64,000 nucleotides of DNA from Eledone cirrhosa (lineage: Eukaryota), in assembly GCA_964016885.1 (NCBI GenBank), contig OZ024741.1, forward strand, positions 196,540,001 to 196,604,000. Reading direction: 5' to 3'. Positions 51,811-64,000 of this stretch are shown piece by piece. Made by a program: the position numbers and the translations under genes. The notes under the pieces were generated by a model. That model ran no database searches and had not been told where the DNA came from. It saw only the letters and a program-made list of their open reading frames with translations. How positions within the stretch are numbered: position 1 is the first letter of the stretch; each line of letters opens with the position of its first letter.

Positions 51811-52170
51811 GGTGGTAGGAGGCCACTAAAACATGTTCCCAAAAATTGGAGCATAACCAGATAAAGAGAAATTGATGAGTGTGGTGAAAATAGGAGCTAG
51901 CCCTGGAGTACACTGAGGGTAAAGGAGAGGATGCCATCAGAACATTTAGGTAAGACTCTCAGCAAGCTGGAATGTTTCTCTATTGATTTTGATAATGAAT
52001 ATTCCAGCTATTCAAAGGAAAAACCTGATGGTGAAACTTGCATGTAAGTGGCTGAGCATTTCACAAACATATGTACTCTTAGTTTAATTCTCAGGGAGAT
52101 TCAATGTGACACATTGGCCCTTTGAATTACTGCAGGTATAGCCCATCTAATGGGTTTCAAACAGTTTCCG

Positions 52171-55100
52171 TGAAATGAGTAAAACTAGCTGTCAAGTTAA
52201 GTCCGTCCTGAGAGGAGTGATCATCAATAAGACTGACTGAGTCAGAAGTCATTTACAGTAGACAAAAGGCATATTAAATAGCATAAGTATAAATAGGGCA
52301 GGGGGTCGCTGTCATGTGACTGTGTGTTCTGTCAGAGATGCAGGTGTTTTAAGATGTGTCTAGGATGTTTCATTATGTAGTAAGAAAGGATGTAGAGGAT
52401 GATGACACTCATGTGGATATGTGATAAATAGGACAATTGAATGAGGGGTGGGGGGGGATAACATATTCAACCCTGAGCAAAATATGTGTCCAGAAAATGT
52501 TTTGAATTCAAGACATCACATCCTCCTGGGGTTTTGAAATTCGTTCTCCTGGGGTGATTGTCTTTCTTGTATTCATTTGGACCTTCATAGCTGAATAGTT
52601 GCTGGAGCAGGTGAAGTTGGTTCTTGATTTCTATTGGCTTCAGCTATTTGCCCTATTTCCTGTATTATAGGCGGATCGGAAGAATTTTGAAATATCAGAC
52701 TTTCAGAATGCAAAATTTCTTCATTTGACTGAATTGTCAAACTGCCATTTGGGTCAGAACCTTCGACAGATAGTTTGAATGGATAAGCTTCACTTTAATT
52801 TTCTTCTGTTGGTACATCAAAGCATTTTTTATCATGTCTTCTATGTTCACCTCCATTTCTAAATCCCAAATCATGTCAATGCATTGGTTGATGGATAATC
52901 CTAATTTTTGAAAGGGGAGACAAGAGAGATTGTTCCAATTACAGAGGGATCTCCTTGTTAAGCTTCCCCAGTAAAGTCTATGCTAAGTGTCTGGCAAAGA
53001 GATGTAGGGAGATTGTTGAGTCCAAGCTCTCTGATAAACAGTGTGGTTTTCGCCCTAGACACAGCACAGCTGATCTAATATTCACACTGCAGTAGGTCTT
53101 TGAGAAATTGTGGGAGTATTGCCAAGAGGTAAATTCTTGTTTTTTATACCTTGAAATGGAATATGACCATGTTCCTTGGGACCTGCTGTAGATGGTTCTA
53201 CAGGAGTATAGGATTGATGGTCAGCTTCTTGTTGTTCTGATGTCTCTGTATGAATGCCCAAGAATTTGTGTTTGGATAAATGGTGCTAAATCAAAACCAT
53301 TTAATGTGGGAATTGGGCTCCACCAAGGGTGCGTACTGTCACCTCTCCTGTACATTATTTACATAAACAGGATTGACATGTGCAGCCATGTTGGAAGTGG
53401 TATCATGACTGGTGGCTGTAAAATCAGTCAGCTGGAATTTGCAGACGACATATTGTTACTTAACTCAACAGAAGGTGATCTCTGACTGGAACTTGATAGG
53501 TTTGATGCAGAGTGCTGCATGGCTGGAATGAAAATTCGTCCTCTCAAGGAAGCCTGCGCAGTGCACTCTACATGTGAATGGAGTTCCACTGAAGCAGGTG
53601 GAGAGTGTTCAAGTATCTTGAGGCTGTCTTCATGAATGATGGAAGGCAGGGGGCTGAATTAAGGAGCTGGTGCAGTAATGTGCTAGCTTCGGCATTCAGT
53701 AATCAGAAGAAGGGAGGTAGGTGTAAAAGCCAAACTCGCTATCTTCAATTCAGTATTCATGCTAACCCTTACCTATGGTCAAGAATCTTGGGTAATGACC
53801 AAAAGAATATGATTGCTAATACAAACGGCCGAAATGGGGTTCCTCCGATGGGTCTTTGGAGTAACGTTACTCAATAAAGTGCATAGCTCGGAGATCAGAG
53901 AGTCACTCCAAGTAGAGCTGCTACTTCTCTGAATTGTAAGATCACATCTCTGATATTATGGGCATGTGGTTAGAATGTTTCAGGAAAGAATCACTGGATT
54001 GATTTTATGGGCAAAACCAACCAGCAAGAGACCGAGGGTTAGACCCCGAGCAAGATAGTTTCATAACATCCATGAGCTTGGCTGGTCTCGCTTGGGAATC
54101 CAACTGGATTAGTTGGAGATGGTTGCTTCTGACAGGACCTACTGAAATGAGTGTTTGAGGACTCTGCTCCCATGACCCTCTCGGGAGGAAGAGGAGGAGG
54201 AGGAGAAGGAGGAGAAGAAGAAGAAGAAGACGACTTTTTTTGCAATCTTCAGTATTCCTACAAAATTCTCGACTTCTCCATTAGATCTTGGATTACAGAG
54301 AAAGAGATGTCCACACTCAACACTCTTCAACCAGTCAGTAATGATTGAGCTGGTGAAATGAGTTCCATTATCATTAACTAAAGCAAGTGGAATTCCCTAA
54401 CATGTTCGGACGCATCTGTTATGACATTTGTCTTTGCTTTCATGGAAAACAGCTTAACAATAGCATTGGAGACCAAAACTGAAAGAAATTCTCATAGACT
54501 TGTCTTTTGTTCAGGATTCCATTGGAATTTCATCATGAATTGCAGTTGAAATAATGAGTCTGCTTTGCTTGAAAAATTAGGAATGAAACACGAGTAGTAC
54601 TGTATAGCTCCAAGAACTGATCACAATTCTGCAAAATTATGAGATTTTGCTTACAACAACGGTTTCTTGAGGGAAGCATCTGGTTGAATTCCACAACCAT
54701 CAATGGCTAAGCCAAATATGTTGACTTCCATTTTCATGAATTGGCACTTTGATGTATTTATTTGGGCATTCCTTTCTACAAATCATTTAAGTAGCTCTTT
54801 TAGACTTGCTTCATGATTACACTTATCCTTGGAAAAGACAATAATATCATCCTGGTAAGAAACGACACTTGGAATACTCTTTGTGATATCATTGATTGCC
54901 TTTTGAAACATTGCTAGTGATGCTGATAATCCAAACAGTAAGAAATTGAACTGAAATAATCCAAAAGATCTATTTATAGATGTCTGCTGACATGATTCCT
55001 CATCCAACGGCAGCTGCAGGAATGTATTCTACAAGTCTATAGTCGAGAATACTGTGAATGAATTCATTTTATTTAATATATCTTCTGGCTCCTCTGTTGT

Positions 55101-56936
55101 ACACCAGTAATTCTGTAAAACCTAATTGACAGTGATTTTGTAATCACTACAAATCCTAGGGGTCACAATCGATATTGGCCATTGAGATATATTTAGAGGG
55201 TTTAGAATGCTTTGCTCAACCATCTTGTATAATTTATCCTTAACCACATTCCTCAAACGATATAAGATCACACGCCTTTTCATAAATCTAACCCATGCTA
55301 GCGTGGAAGATAGATGTTAAATGATGATAATGATGATAGGTTTTCCTGCTACATCAAGGTAGATTTTTGTAATTTTCATGCCACCGTTGGATTTTGAACA
55401 ATGATCTATCAGCTCTTGAATGTTAGAAATGTATTAAGTGGAACAGGTTAAAGAAATATTCAAGGCTTTCATGGAGTCAAGGCCAAGAATTGAGTTGCCA
55501 GATTTGGACACTTAAAAGTGATAAGTTTGCAACTGGTTATTTGAGTTGTAAATAGGAATGCTAGTCTGTTCTACCAGTTTTGCTTTGTACCCAGTTATAC
55601 CAAAAATGTTGGCAACAGTTGAACATATTTCTATTTGAGGATAAAACATTTTGAAAGAATTCAGGCTTATCAGCGATCCTATGCTACCCTTATCAATGAT
55701 GAAATCATGAGTTCTATTTGCACTTGACTTGAACATCTGCACAATGTTCTTAAAGTGATTGAATTGAGGTCATCACTTAGTTTTGCTGTGGTTATAAGTA
55801 CCTTACTTCTACAAACTTGAGCTATGTGCCCTGACTCATGGTATTTTATTCAAATAGCATTACAAAATTTACACTCTCGTCTTTGGTGTCTATTGCACAA
55901 GAGTAACAACAATTGAATGAACATCTTCCTTTGTTTGCCTATGTTGAGTTGCCTTGTCTAGTCTCTTTCTCCTTTGAAATCTGGCTACGTGATTGATTGT
56001 TATGGGCAGCTGTCTTGCTGATGATTTTCCACACATCCTCAGCCTTCTCACAGACCATACACAAGTCTTAGAACGTCAGATTTTCCAAAAGATAACGTTT
56101 GCTCTGAAAACACTGGTCATTAATTCCAGCAATAAAATGATCCTGGAGCTCTATGTCTAGTTGGTTTCTGAATTCACATCAGATTGCTGGGTGCTTTAAT
56201 TTTAAAGATAAATTAACAAAAGGACTCAGATTAAGCATGCACTAATGAGTTGAATTTCGCCCTCTCAGTTGTTTGAAACTTTGCTGGTCTGAAATGGTTG
56301 CAAAGAGCTTCCTGTTAAGGACGCTGACTTGAGATCTTTCAGATAGATCAATGTCTTCACCAGTGAAAATGCTTCCTTTCCAATTGCAATTAGGAAAGAA
56401 CCCTTAATATCCTTTTCTGAAATTTCCCTTGCCTCTACCCAAAAGTCGAAATGATCCAAGTATTCCTGAACTTCCTCAGCAGTTGAGGAAATATCTAAGA
56501 ATTCGATTTTTAGGTTTATTGGAATGGTTGTAGAAATAGTTGTTGAAGTAAGGAGTTATGGATAGCAGTGGCAGATGGATTGATGAAGGTTGAACCCTTG
56601 AATTTCCATAGGGATTCTTGTTCTCTTCATTGCCAGTTAAAATGAGTAAACTCCAATAAGACAGAGTCAGAAGTCATTTACTGTAGATAAAAGCCACATT
56701 AAATAGCATAACCATAAATGATGGGCGGGGAGATTGCAGTCATATGACAGTGTGTTTTGTCAGACATGCATGTGTTTTAAGATGCCTCTAGGATATTCTA
56801 TTATGTAGTGAGAATGGATGTAGGGGGAGGGTGGCCATGAGGGTATTTGATAAATATGACAATTGAATGATGGATTATATGTTCAATCCTGAGCAAAATA
56901 TGTGTCCAGAAAATGTTTTGAATTCAGAACATCATA
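52171..56936 (-). mobile_element. Older decayed Gypsy LTR element inserted into a tRNA-SINE
   Basis: Diverged LTR pair 52171-52520 and ~56638-56936, TSD TTCCG/TTCCA, PBS-like TGGCAATGAAG. Gag, protease (FIIDKGS) and RT (FGL..S.A.FQ, SYQDDI) remnants. Confidence 0.8.
52900..54230 (+). mobile_element. 5'-truncated RTE-class LINE nested inside the older Gypsy element
   Basis: NYRGISLL, QCGFRP, GLHQGCVLSPLL, EFADD, FKYL and YGHV motifs. Ends in a (GGA/GAA)n tail at ~54190-54230. Confidence 0.8.
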
Positions 56937-57129
56937 TTCCATTTACCACTCACAAGGCATGGGTCGACTCAAGGTTATGGTAAATGACATTTGTTCAAGA
57001 TGCCACGCAGTGGGATTGAACCCAGAAACTTATGATTGCAAATATCAGAGTAAGAAAAGCATGACATCATATGTATGTGTATGTGAGACAGTCTGTCTGT
57101 CTATGCATATGTGTATGTAAGTGAGACTT

Positions 57130-57490
57130 AGGCTTTGTGTATGGAGGACTTATGAAGTTTGGAAAGAAATGAGGCAAGCATGGTCTGATGGATGTCTAAT
57201 AGCAGCATACATGAGCAACAAAGCATTAATGAGCTGAGAGAAGAACTGGGCACAAGAGGGATTGGATGCAGTGTGTATGAGAGGAAACTGTGTTGGTTAT
57301 GACATGTAATGCATATGAAGGATGACAGCTGCATAAAGAAATGTAGAGTCCTTTGAAAGGGAAAGACTTAGAAAACTGGGATGATGTGGTGAGGGCTGAC
57401 CTCATGTAGCTCTACCTCACAAAGGAGATGACCCAGGATCAAGAAAACTGGCAATATCCCATAATACAGAGAACTTGCCGTCCCATGCAA
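57130..57490 (+). mobile_element. Decayed RTE 3' fragment
   Basis: Similar to 41946-42320 in the opposite orientation. Confidence 0.6.
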
Positions 57491-58899
57491 ACAAAATGAA
57501 ATGAGTATAAATAGGATGGCTCCTACCTGCCAATATGCTTCCCACACTACCTACCACTCTCCAACTTAAATTCGAAGAAGCAGATAAGTGGCACAGCACA
57601 CAGGTTCCCCCCGTCTCACCTTCCAGTATATTCCTAAATTCCCTACTAGCTTGCAACCACACCCTATATCTGAAAAAGCAGACAAGTAGAATAACTCTTA
57701 GGTTCTTGCTTGCCAGTATACTCCAAACTTTCTTGCCCAACCCAAGCTAGCATGGAATGCTAGGATGAACCCTTCCTTGCTTCTCCCACAACACATTACT
57801 TTTTGTCCAATATATGCCACCATGGAAAGCCAGGTAGACCCAAGATGTCAGACACCACTAACATGGTTCAGCCTAGGCCAGTAAACAAGCCAGACATACT
57901 CAACAATGTCAGACACCATCTACTTGCTCAAAGGTCACATTTATGATCTGGCACCCTCCACACATATTTAGGACATCAAGAGAGGCCAGGCACACCCCCA
58001 CAATATATCAGACACCATCCACAGGCTTCCAGCTATTACAATGACTCAAATCCACCCCAACCCCAGTCCTGTAAGGTGGTAGTGCTGGAAATAGGATAAA
58101 ATTCTCCCAGTACAAGCTGTAAAGTGGTTCGTGTTATGAAGGGCATCCAACCATAGAAACTAAGCCAAAATAAAGCATTTGAACAGGAGTTAATCACCTG
58201 ACTGGTCTGGCTTCAGCATGTGACAGCTGTCTAATTCACACAAGTATGGAAAATAGATGTGAAATGATGTTGATGATGATGATGACGACGATGATCATGT
58301 TGTATGTATGTACGAGGCCATAGAAATACTTGGTTTGGTGCTCGAGTGTGCAGTTAGTCCACTAGGAGTGAGAAACCCCTAGTTCTTGTGAGGACATCAT
58401 TCTAGAAGGAAAACTCTGATGTAAAACCTGTGACTCAATGATAGCCAATGTTGTTGACCTGTTCTTCTTTTTTGGATGCTTGCCACCATTGTACAGGGAG
58501 TGGGATTGGTTGAATGCTTCAAGCACAGGCATCATTTGATCTAAACAACTTTCTCATGTGTTGCACAAACATGGCCTTTTGTATGAGAAAATGGTCAAGG
58601 GATGGCAATTCTCGAAACTGAAATGCAGACATTATGTGTGTGTGTGTCTGTATGTATGTTCTTCTGATTTTATTATTTTATAAATGTTCACCAATAATGA
58701 GGGAGCTGGCTTCTAACATAGACACATGACTCTTTCATTGGAATTTAGACATCAACTAGGTAAATATGTATGTATTTCTGTATGTATTCGTTCTTGTGCA
58801 GGTATGGATCTGCATGTTTTGAGTTATATGTGTACGCATGCATATGTTTTTGTGTCTATACATGTGTCGATGCAGTTATTACATGCAGAATTTCTGAAA

Positions 58900-60330
58900 T
58901 GTTTTACATATTTTTAAAGTTCCATTAATGGATTGCACTTGCAACTTCCTAACCAGCTGTGCTCTTTCTGGTTCTGTGAAGCCCAGCTTCTTAAGATTTG
59001 AACAGAGGCAGTTAGTAATGTAGCCACAGGTATGAATCAGGGTGGAGTATCTGCAGATTGCTCAATTCAGCATAAATGTTCTCCTTTTTGCTGATCTTTA
59101 GCACATTATATTGGCATCTGCTGGGCAGCTAACTTCCACTACTGTGCATGCTTTCTTTTCTCTGTCCCTTATCATTATGTTTGGTTTATTGTGTTTGCAT
59201 TTTATTGGAGTTTTGACTGGAACATTCCACCAGTACTCTTTCATATTATGTATGTGTATGTCTTCCACATTGCTGTAACTTTTTATATTTACTGTTAGGT
59301 TATCCTTTCTACAGATTGCATTGTATAGTGTTTTGACCACTACATCATGCCTCATAGGTAGATGACATCTTTGGACAGCTGCTTATGATATGGGTGACAT
59401 CTTTGAGCTAATTCTGCATCTGTTGTCACATCTAGGTGTTTTGCTTGCATCCCTATCTCTTTTGTGAATCAGGTATTTTGTAGTTATTGCTTGTTCTTGG
59501 ATTGCAAAACCCATATCCTTCAAAGTGGTTGTTGGTTCAAGATAGACTACTCTGCTTATCTATATTACACTCACTTTGGAGCTTACTGACAACATAGCCA
59601 TGCATAATATTTTGCTGATAAACATGTAGGTGTCCAGCCATAGATTCATTGTGGTATTGCTGGGCAATTTCCCTGGGTGTTAATTTTTGATTATCACGCA
59701 GAGAGTATTTCTCAGGAAGCTCCTTCCCAACCATCATGATGTTATCTGTCTCATGTAGACAAACCTTTTCAATGATGGGCTTCTACGCTTGGTGGTTTGT
59801 AGATGTTGTCAGAGGGATATGATGCGACACTTAAATGCTGTCTGGACTAATGTTATGCATCTGCCTCCATGTTTAGGTTTCAGGTAGAGGTGGTCTAAGT
59901 CACTGTGATGTAAAAATGTTCACTGTTGGTTAGGACTTTTCAGGTTTTAACATCAATGGCTTGGATTTCATCTAGCATTCAATCAAGTATTCCAAATGTT
60001 AGTGTCAGGACAGGCACAGCAAACATTGTGGGCTACAGATTTATTGTGTGCAGAGAGTAAGAAGACCATATTTTTTTTATTCGGGTGTTATATTCTCTGG
60101 TTAGGCACTCCTTGTTACAAATACCATCATGGGACATATTTTTATCTATCCTTAAGTATCTGTAGCAGTCCTCATTAGATATTGGTGAAACAGTCAGGCC
60201 ATTAATAGAAATGTTGCTAGATTGGTTTGTAGTTTTTCCTCGCTTTACAATCATATATGAACATTTATCCTGACCAACCTTCATTCCTATATCTTTTGAG
60301 AACGTCATAGGTTTTTCTTCATCCCATTTA
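58900..60330 (-). mobile_element. Second, more decayed R4-like RLE retrotransposon fragment
   Basis: FSKDIGM..GQDKC and YRYL (RT end), then RHDVV and YWWNVPVKT..KCKHNKP.I...VEVSCPAD (RLE). Confidence 0.72.
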
Positions 60331-61099
60331 TGTTCTTGGCATAGAAACCATAAATAGTAGCAAGCTATCCCATTACTACTCCAAAGATACAAGCCCAGAC
60401 AATGTGAGATAACACTCTCTGGCATGCAGAGCCCCAGAAGCAAGCTGCCTCACGGTCCCAATCATAAGCTTATTTGTTCTATCCTTACATTTGCCCTGTA
60501 AATAGGTGTTTCTCCAAAGTTACTCATACATTTAATCCTGTCTCATTTGTACTGTAGTACTAAAGGTTTATGTAATTATATACTAGAAATAAATTATCCA
60601 AATATCATTTTTATCTTTAATCACTTTTCACGTGTCAGTAAGCAACATAAACTAGTGTTTCTTTTATGCAAACCGTTAATTAATCAAATCTCAAATTTCC
60701 CAGTTTTGTATGATTGTTCATATATCCAACAATCCAGGTATATATGGCATATCAATCCTGGACTCCAAGAAATTAAATACATTCAACGTTATTACCGTCA
60801 TCATTGATGGCACTAGTCCACTAGTATCAAAATAAATAGTGAATCTTAAGTGGCGAACATTGAAAATCAAAAGGCAATTCCTGTCTAGCCGTGTCTGCAA
60901 TCAGGTTTCCATTTGTGATCAAGACTATTCTTTTTGGGAAGGGAATAAACTCTCACTATCATGTTTCCTCTTCTATAAATCTGAGTTTTTGGGTGTGTGT
61001 ATGTGTATGAATGAATTGATTAACAAACCAACGTGGATTTTTATTTAAATCTTGTCTGCCTTAGTGTTTACCTGCTAATACAATGAATCTAAGGGAAAT

Positions 61100-61336
61100 C
61101 ACCACGACTGTCAAAAATCGTTCTTTTAAGCATGCGCACATGCTTCCATATAGCAGGAAGCTTCTATTATAGATAACTGTGTACATTTATGTATGTCCTG
61201 TAATTAGTACGCGCTGACTGGCTGCGCTTACTGTTGTATTTGCAGTAATGTTTTACTTACTGAGTTTATTTTCCATGTCATCAGTAAGTGCAGAAATCAC
61301 AACAAACCATTACGTATAGCCAATTAGGTACATGCC
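61100..61336 (+). promoter_or_regulatory. Candidate promoter/5'UTR of the unidentified plus-strand gene
   Basis: Local CpG enrichment, an NRF1-like GCATGCGCACATGC (~61130-61143) and a CAGGAAG ETS core upstream of the ATG. Confidence 0.35.
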
Positions 61337-61627
61337 ATGTCGTTTAGGAAGGGCCTGAAGAGCGTGACACAATCTGGATTGGAACGAGGAAGCCGCTACC
61401 TACGACAGTATGGCACCCGCTGCAATATCGGCCTCGAAAAAGACGAATCGTACGATCGTTACCATTCAGTCGAATCATCATCTTCAGTTGCTACTGAATC
61501 CTCGTCTTATACTTCTCTGTGCACAGAGAACAACCGAGCCATATCGTCATCTTCTCAATCTAGGAGAGCCGTGGATCGAGAAAGGTGTAATAGCAAATCC
61601 AGAGACAGAGAAAGGGATCATAGAAAG
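61337..61627 (+). CDS. Probable first coding exon of an unidentified gene (97 aa, Ser/Arg-rich N-terminus)
   Basis: GCC-ATG start context, CpG-retaining non-repetitive ORF and an in-frame AAG|GTCAGT donor at 61628. No recognisable domain, and no downstream exon identified in the window. Confidence 0.55.
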
Positions 61628-64000
61628 GTCAGTCGTGTTTATCAATCTCAACATCCACCTCATAACTGCAAAAAGCCTCTTACGTTAAGGCTGATGAGAA
61701 ATATTCTTCATGTATCTTTTCTTTCTTAGCTCAATCTATATCTATTTAATTGCACTTTCTTTTGTCCAGTTCACATAACGAAAAAATAACTGATCTGTTT
61801 CATTCGTTTGATTGTCTTTACTAACTTTTTATTTCAAAACAAATGACTCCCATTATCTATACACAGAAAGGCAATTATCCTATCTTCTGGGAATACTTAT
61901 ATCGTAAGTTAAATCTCCACGTAAAAACATACGTACGTCAATAATGAATGATTGTCCAGAATCTCGTTCGGAAACTTCTTCCTCTCTGTGTGTATGTCGC
62001 TGTGTCATCCTCTTTGTGTGTTATACATAGATACCCATGCTGCTTGTTACAAGACAGAGGGTGCATTATAAAGTGTCTATAAAATGAGATATTAAGAAAT
62101 GCCTTTAGTATTAGTTATTTAAGAATTTGTAATCAACACTTCTTTTCACAATATTTTCCTACATCTTAGAATATTAACACCAGCCGTAGATCTATGGATA
62201 TAAAACAGAATCATTCAGACGTCATTATCGATATTATTTGCTATATTTGTATTTTTGTATGAAAGGAATTTTCTTTAATTTTTTGCATGTTTATATTTGC
62301 ATCGTCTTCCTTTACTAAGAAACTATTCAAAGGGACTTATTTTATTGAAGGATCTTTTGCTAAAGGAAAATTTGGACTGAGAAATAAATATAATTAGTTG
62401 TATATTTTTGACTTATTATTTAGGAATGTAAAAATAAGAATTTTTATTGAAGGGGCTACTTATATTTGTCTTTCGTCACTTGGTGCTATTTACCCTATAA
62501 TTTTGATAACACATTATTTTAACTGTGATTCTAATAAGTTTTGAAACTAATAAACAGCATTATTGATTAGAATTCAAAGTCGTATCTAATTATAGACTCA
62601 GTTTAATTAATGATGTATTACTGACTACTTATACTATTTTATTGTTTAAAATAAAGTACAGTTGCTTTTTATACTGATGTCTGGGTACAAGTTATTTTTT
62701 TTATTATCACACTGCTTGAGAATACATACTACTAGAACTAAATGTAAAATAGTGTGTGTGTTGATTTGCACTTTTAACTGATAACTGCTTATGAAACGTT
62801 AGTTTATGGTTTCAAATGGTGGTTGTATGGGAATGAGGTGGCTTGGCAGAGTGTGTTTCTGTTGATTGGCCCCAAGTCAGCTCTTATTGATTAGATCTAT
62901 GGTCAAATAAATTCTCGCTGTAACCATCTTGTCTTTTTCCTCCAGAAACGGGACACGGTGTTCTTTTGTAAGACAGTAGGGTGTGGTTTAAGGGAGATTT
63001 AGCTGCTATTTTTACCCGTTCGAACGACCGAGTCGAAGCCTACCGTCGACTCGTGTATGTATCTGAGAAAATTAGGTTCGTTTGGATGATTGATTATGTG
63101 TTGTAAAATAAAAAAACAAACTAGCCAGTGGCGCTCAAGTAAGCCCTATTTTGCAACAGTAACATATCCTTATAGAATAAACTTAAAACAAGCCGGAGTT
63201 GAGGGGAACTTTTATAAATGATCTTACACCTTCAAGATATTTTAAATCTTAATGTTCTGTACCGCATGAAACCATATTAGCAACACATTCTTGAAAAGTA
63301 TAAAACAGCTAAGACTGCACCACATTCAAAATTAAAGTTTTACTTTAATACTGCAAATTTTTACAATGATCTGTCCGCTAGTAAAGACACTAAAACATTT
63401 GAATCTCGTTTTTAGACATGTTCTACTAAATCATTAGAATATGTTAATAATTTTAATAATTGGGGTACTAATCAACTAGGCCCCGAAAAACAGTGAATTC
63501 AAGTCTTTCGATAGCATATTTGTTCTTATACATGGACTGAAAAGCATCAAATAAAGGGACACGTATTTTGTAACCCTTACCTCGCAACTATTTCTATTGA
63601 TATTGTTATAATTGACTAGATCCTTTCAAATGAAATACACGTTTACGATAACTGTAGGTGATTGTTGAGTAACCCTCAACATAAAAAGACCACTGACATG
63701 GTTATTTATCGAATAATGCATTGGAACCACCCACAACTCTTGCTCACTGAATATACTTATTTAAGATACCTTGATTGTGTTGTTTGATTTAATTGAATTT
63801 TTATGAAGTAGGTTGCTCTAAGACCGAGTAATTGGCCCACGAAGATTCAATTGTAAAACCTCCCAGTAACTTGTTTGTTGATTAAGATTTGGTTGCAACA
63901 TCATTATCATCACCGTTTAACGTCTATTTTACCACGCTGGCATGGGTTGGACGAGTTATCCTGTTATGGGCAATGCCAGGTCAGGTGACCATGTACTGCT

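Overview
AT-rich, repeat-dense animal genomic DNA. The SINE/LINE repertoire looks molluscan and most like an octopod cephalopod, which is inference rather than a direct assignment. Host genes: the first four coding exons of Arp2/ACTR2 lie on the minus strand (21244 to 2328; coding lengths 48/111/216/73 nt, with a 14.4 kb first intron), and a probable first coding exon of an unidentified gene lies on the plus strand (61337-61627). Most of the rest is decayed mobile DNA: CRE-like and R4/Dong-like restriction-endonuclease-type non-LTR retrotransposons, RTE LINEs, two Gypsy LTR elements with both LTRs and TSDs nested in other elements, tRNA-derived SINEs, piggyBac-like MITEs, a Helitron-like non-autonomous element and Penelope-like foldbacks with hammerhead-like cores. 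The most interesting theme is possible ADAR (A-to-I) activity. Arp2 encodes His (CAC) at the normally Arg 'VGRP' site, one A-to-I edit from Arg. Its intron 3 holds six long hairpins. A SINE cluster at about 31.6-31.9 kb carries a strongly one-directional T>C (antisense A>G) substitution pattern. All three are hypotheses that need RNA or raw-read data.
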